This document shows, piece by piece, positions 62,814-64,000 of a stretch of DNA of 64,000 nt. Position 1 is the stretch's first letter, and the number at the start of each line of letters is the position of its first letter. This stretch comes from Candidatus Oxydemutatoraceae bacterium (GTDB lineage: Bacteria; Pseudomonadota; Gammaproteobacteria; Poriferisulfidales; Oxydemutatoraceae), in the NCBI GenBank assembly GCA_965218975.1, contig OZ244717.1:96001-160000 (forward strand). The letters are read 5' to 3'. Below the pieces are notes generated by a model that had not been told where the DNA came from, did not search any database, and was given only the letters and a program-made list of their open reading frames with translations. Made by a program: the position numbers and the translations under genes.

Positions 62814-62990
62814 AATTTACGACCTCAGCTGCGCCGAAACTGCCGTGCCGCTCACTTTAATCGCCGGAATCTTGCTTTCAAGGGAAGCCGGAATGACATT
62901 TTCCAATGATCTCGGGACAATTTAACCAATTTCTTAGCCGTCATAATATATTATTGCGGAGTACCGTTCTATAGCATGTATGGAGTCCTC

Positions 62991-64000
62991 TTAATTATGC
63001 ACATTTTGCGTTGTGGAATGGCAATCCGAAGGCAGAAAATCCATCTGAATATCGTTCAGGAAATTCAAACCGAGATGAGTCGTTCGAATCTGCCCTTTTT
63101 CGTATATCAGCAAACCTTGCTCAACCAAATTATTAATCTTTTCGGCAACACTTTGAAACGGCAATCCGGTCATCATCGTAAACAATGTTTTTGAAAACCC
63201 CTCTGTCAAACGCAGCGCGTTTAGCATGAATTCAAAAATAAGTTGCTGCGCCGTCACAAGGCGGCGGCTTGCACAAAAATCACGCTTGTCGATAGCCGCC
63301 ATATACGCGGCGGGGTTTTTGTACTTCACCAATCGCCACACGCTACCTTCTCTCCCTTCATCCGGACAACTAACTTTCGTATGCGCTCCCGCGCCGATAC
63401 CGAGGTAATCACCATACCGCCAATAATTCAAATTGTGCAAACACCGTAAATGCGGCTGAGCATAGGCTGAAATTTCATACCGCTGATAACCATGGTCGGC
63501 AAGCAAATCCAACCCCATCGCTTCAATTTTTTCCATGGTTCCTTCATCGGGCAAACGTGGTGTATTTACATAAAACAATGTATTCGGTTCAATAGTCATT
63601 TGATAATAAGAAATATGTTGCGGTTTCAATTTGATTGCAGACTTGAGATCATACTGCGCCATCGCTAAAGTCTGCCGCGGCAGGCCAAACATCAAATCAA
63701 GATTGATATTCTTAAATCCGGCATTGCGTGCGGCAGCAACGGCAGCAATCGCTTCTCTAGCGCTATGCGCACGCCCCAACCGACTTAACGATTCGGAGGT
63801 AAAACTCTGCACTCCCAATGACAAGCGGTTTACTCCCGCTTGTTTAAATGCAGCAAATTTCTCTTGCTCGGCACTCCCGGGGTTTGCCTCCAAAGTAATT
63901 TCAACGCCGTCGGATAAAACGAGCCTCTGCCTAAAAGCATCAAGCAAGTTACTTATGCACTGTGCGCTAAATAAACTTGGCGTTCCTCCGCCGATGAAGA
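62991..64000 (-). CDS. hemW: radical SAM heme chaperone (5' end outside window)
   Basis: GGGTPS, EITLEANP, RLSLGVQSF, YEISAY, HNLNYW..GDYLGIGAGAH. Confidence 0.93.
   Translation of the reverse strand, partial: FIGGGTPSLFSAQCISNLLDAFRQRLVLSDGVEITLEANPGSAEQEKFAAFKQAGVNRLSLGVQSFTSESLSRLGRAHSAREAIAAVAAARNAGFKNINLDLMFGLPRQTLAMAQYDLKSAIKLKPQHISYYQMTIEPNTLFYVNTPRLPDEGTMEKIEAMGLDLLADHGYQRYEISAYAQPHLRCLHNLNYWRYGDYLGIGAGAHTKVSCPDEGREGSVWRLVKYKNPAAYMAAIDKRDFCASRRLVTAQQLIFEFMLNALRLTEGFSKTLFTMMTGLPFQSVAEKINNLVEQGLLIYEKGQIRTTHLGLNFLNDIQMDFLPSDCHSTTQNVHN

Overview
Chromosomal window of a gammaproteobacterium (inferred from gene content). Positions 1-39.8 kb are mostly housekeeping genes: mutM, rpmB/G, folB/K, uppP, cca, trxA-rho, purH/D, oxyR, tRNA-Arg(CCG), nadA, selD/mnmH, argS, priA, hemH and rpmE. 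Between rpmE and hemW (about 39.9-62.9 kb) lies a defence island. It carries a Dsr1-like sirtuin, three MNT-HEPN modules, a DUF4238 protein, a type ISP restriction-modification enzyme, an HNH plus HEXXH pair and a frameshifted SF1 helicase-nuclease. The most unusual content is a family of degenerate IS481-type elements (TGT...ACA ends) with two properties. (i) All five right-type termini, plus one related terminus, lie 27-29 nt upstream of a sigma70 -10-like hexamer and face it, which suggests promoter-targeted insertion. (ii) The elements host about 25 copies of a 98-bp hairpin-rich module. It has one sharply fixed end, replaces pieces of the transposase, forms tandem arrays (98, 107 and 152 bp periods) and marks recombination and cargo-capture junctions. 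All calls come from reading the sequence and ORF track; no searches were run.
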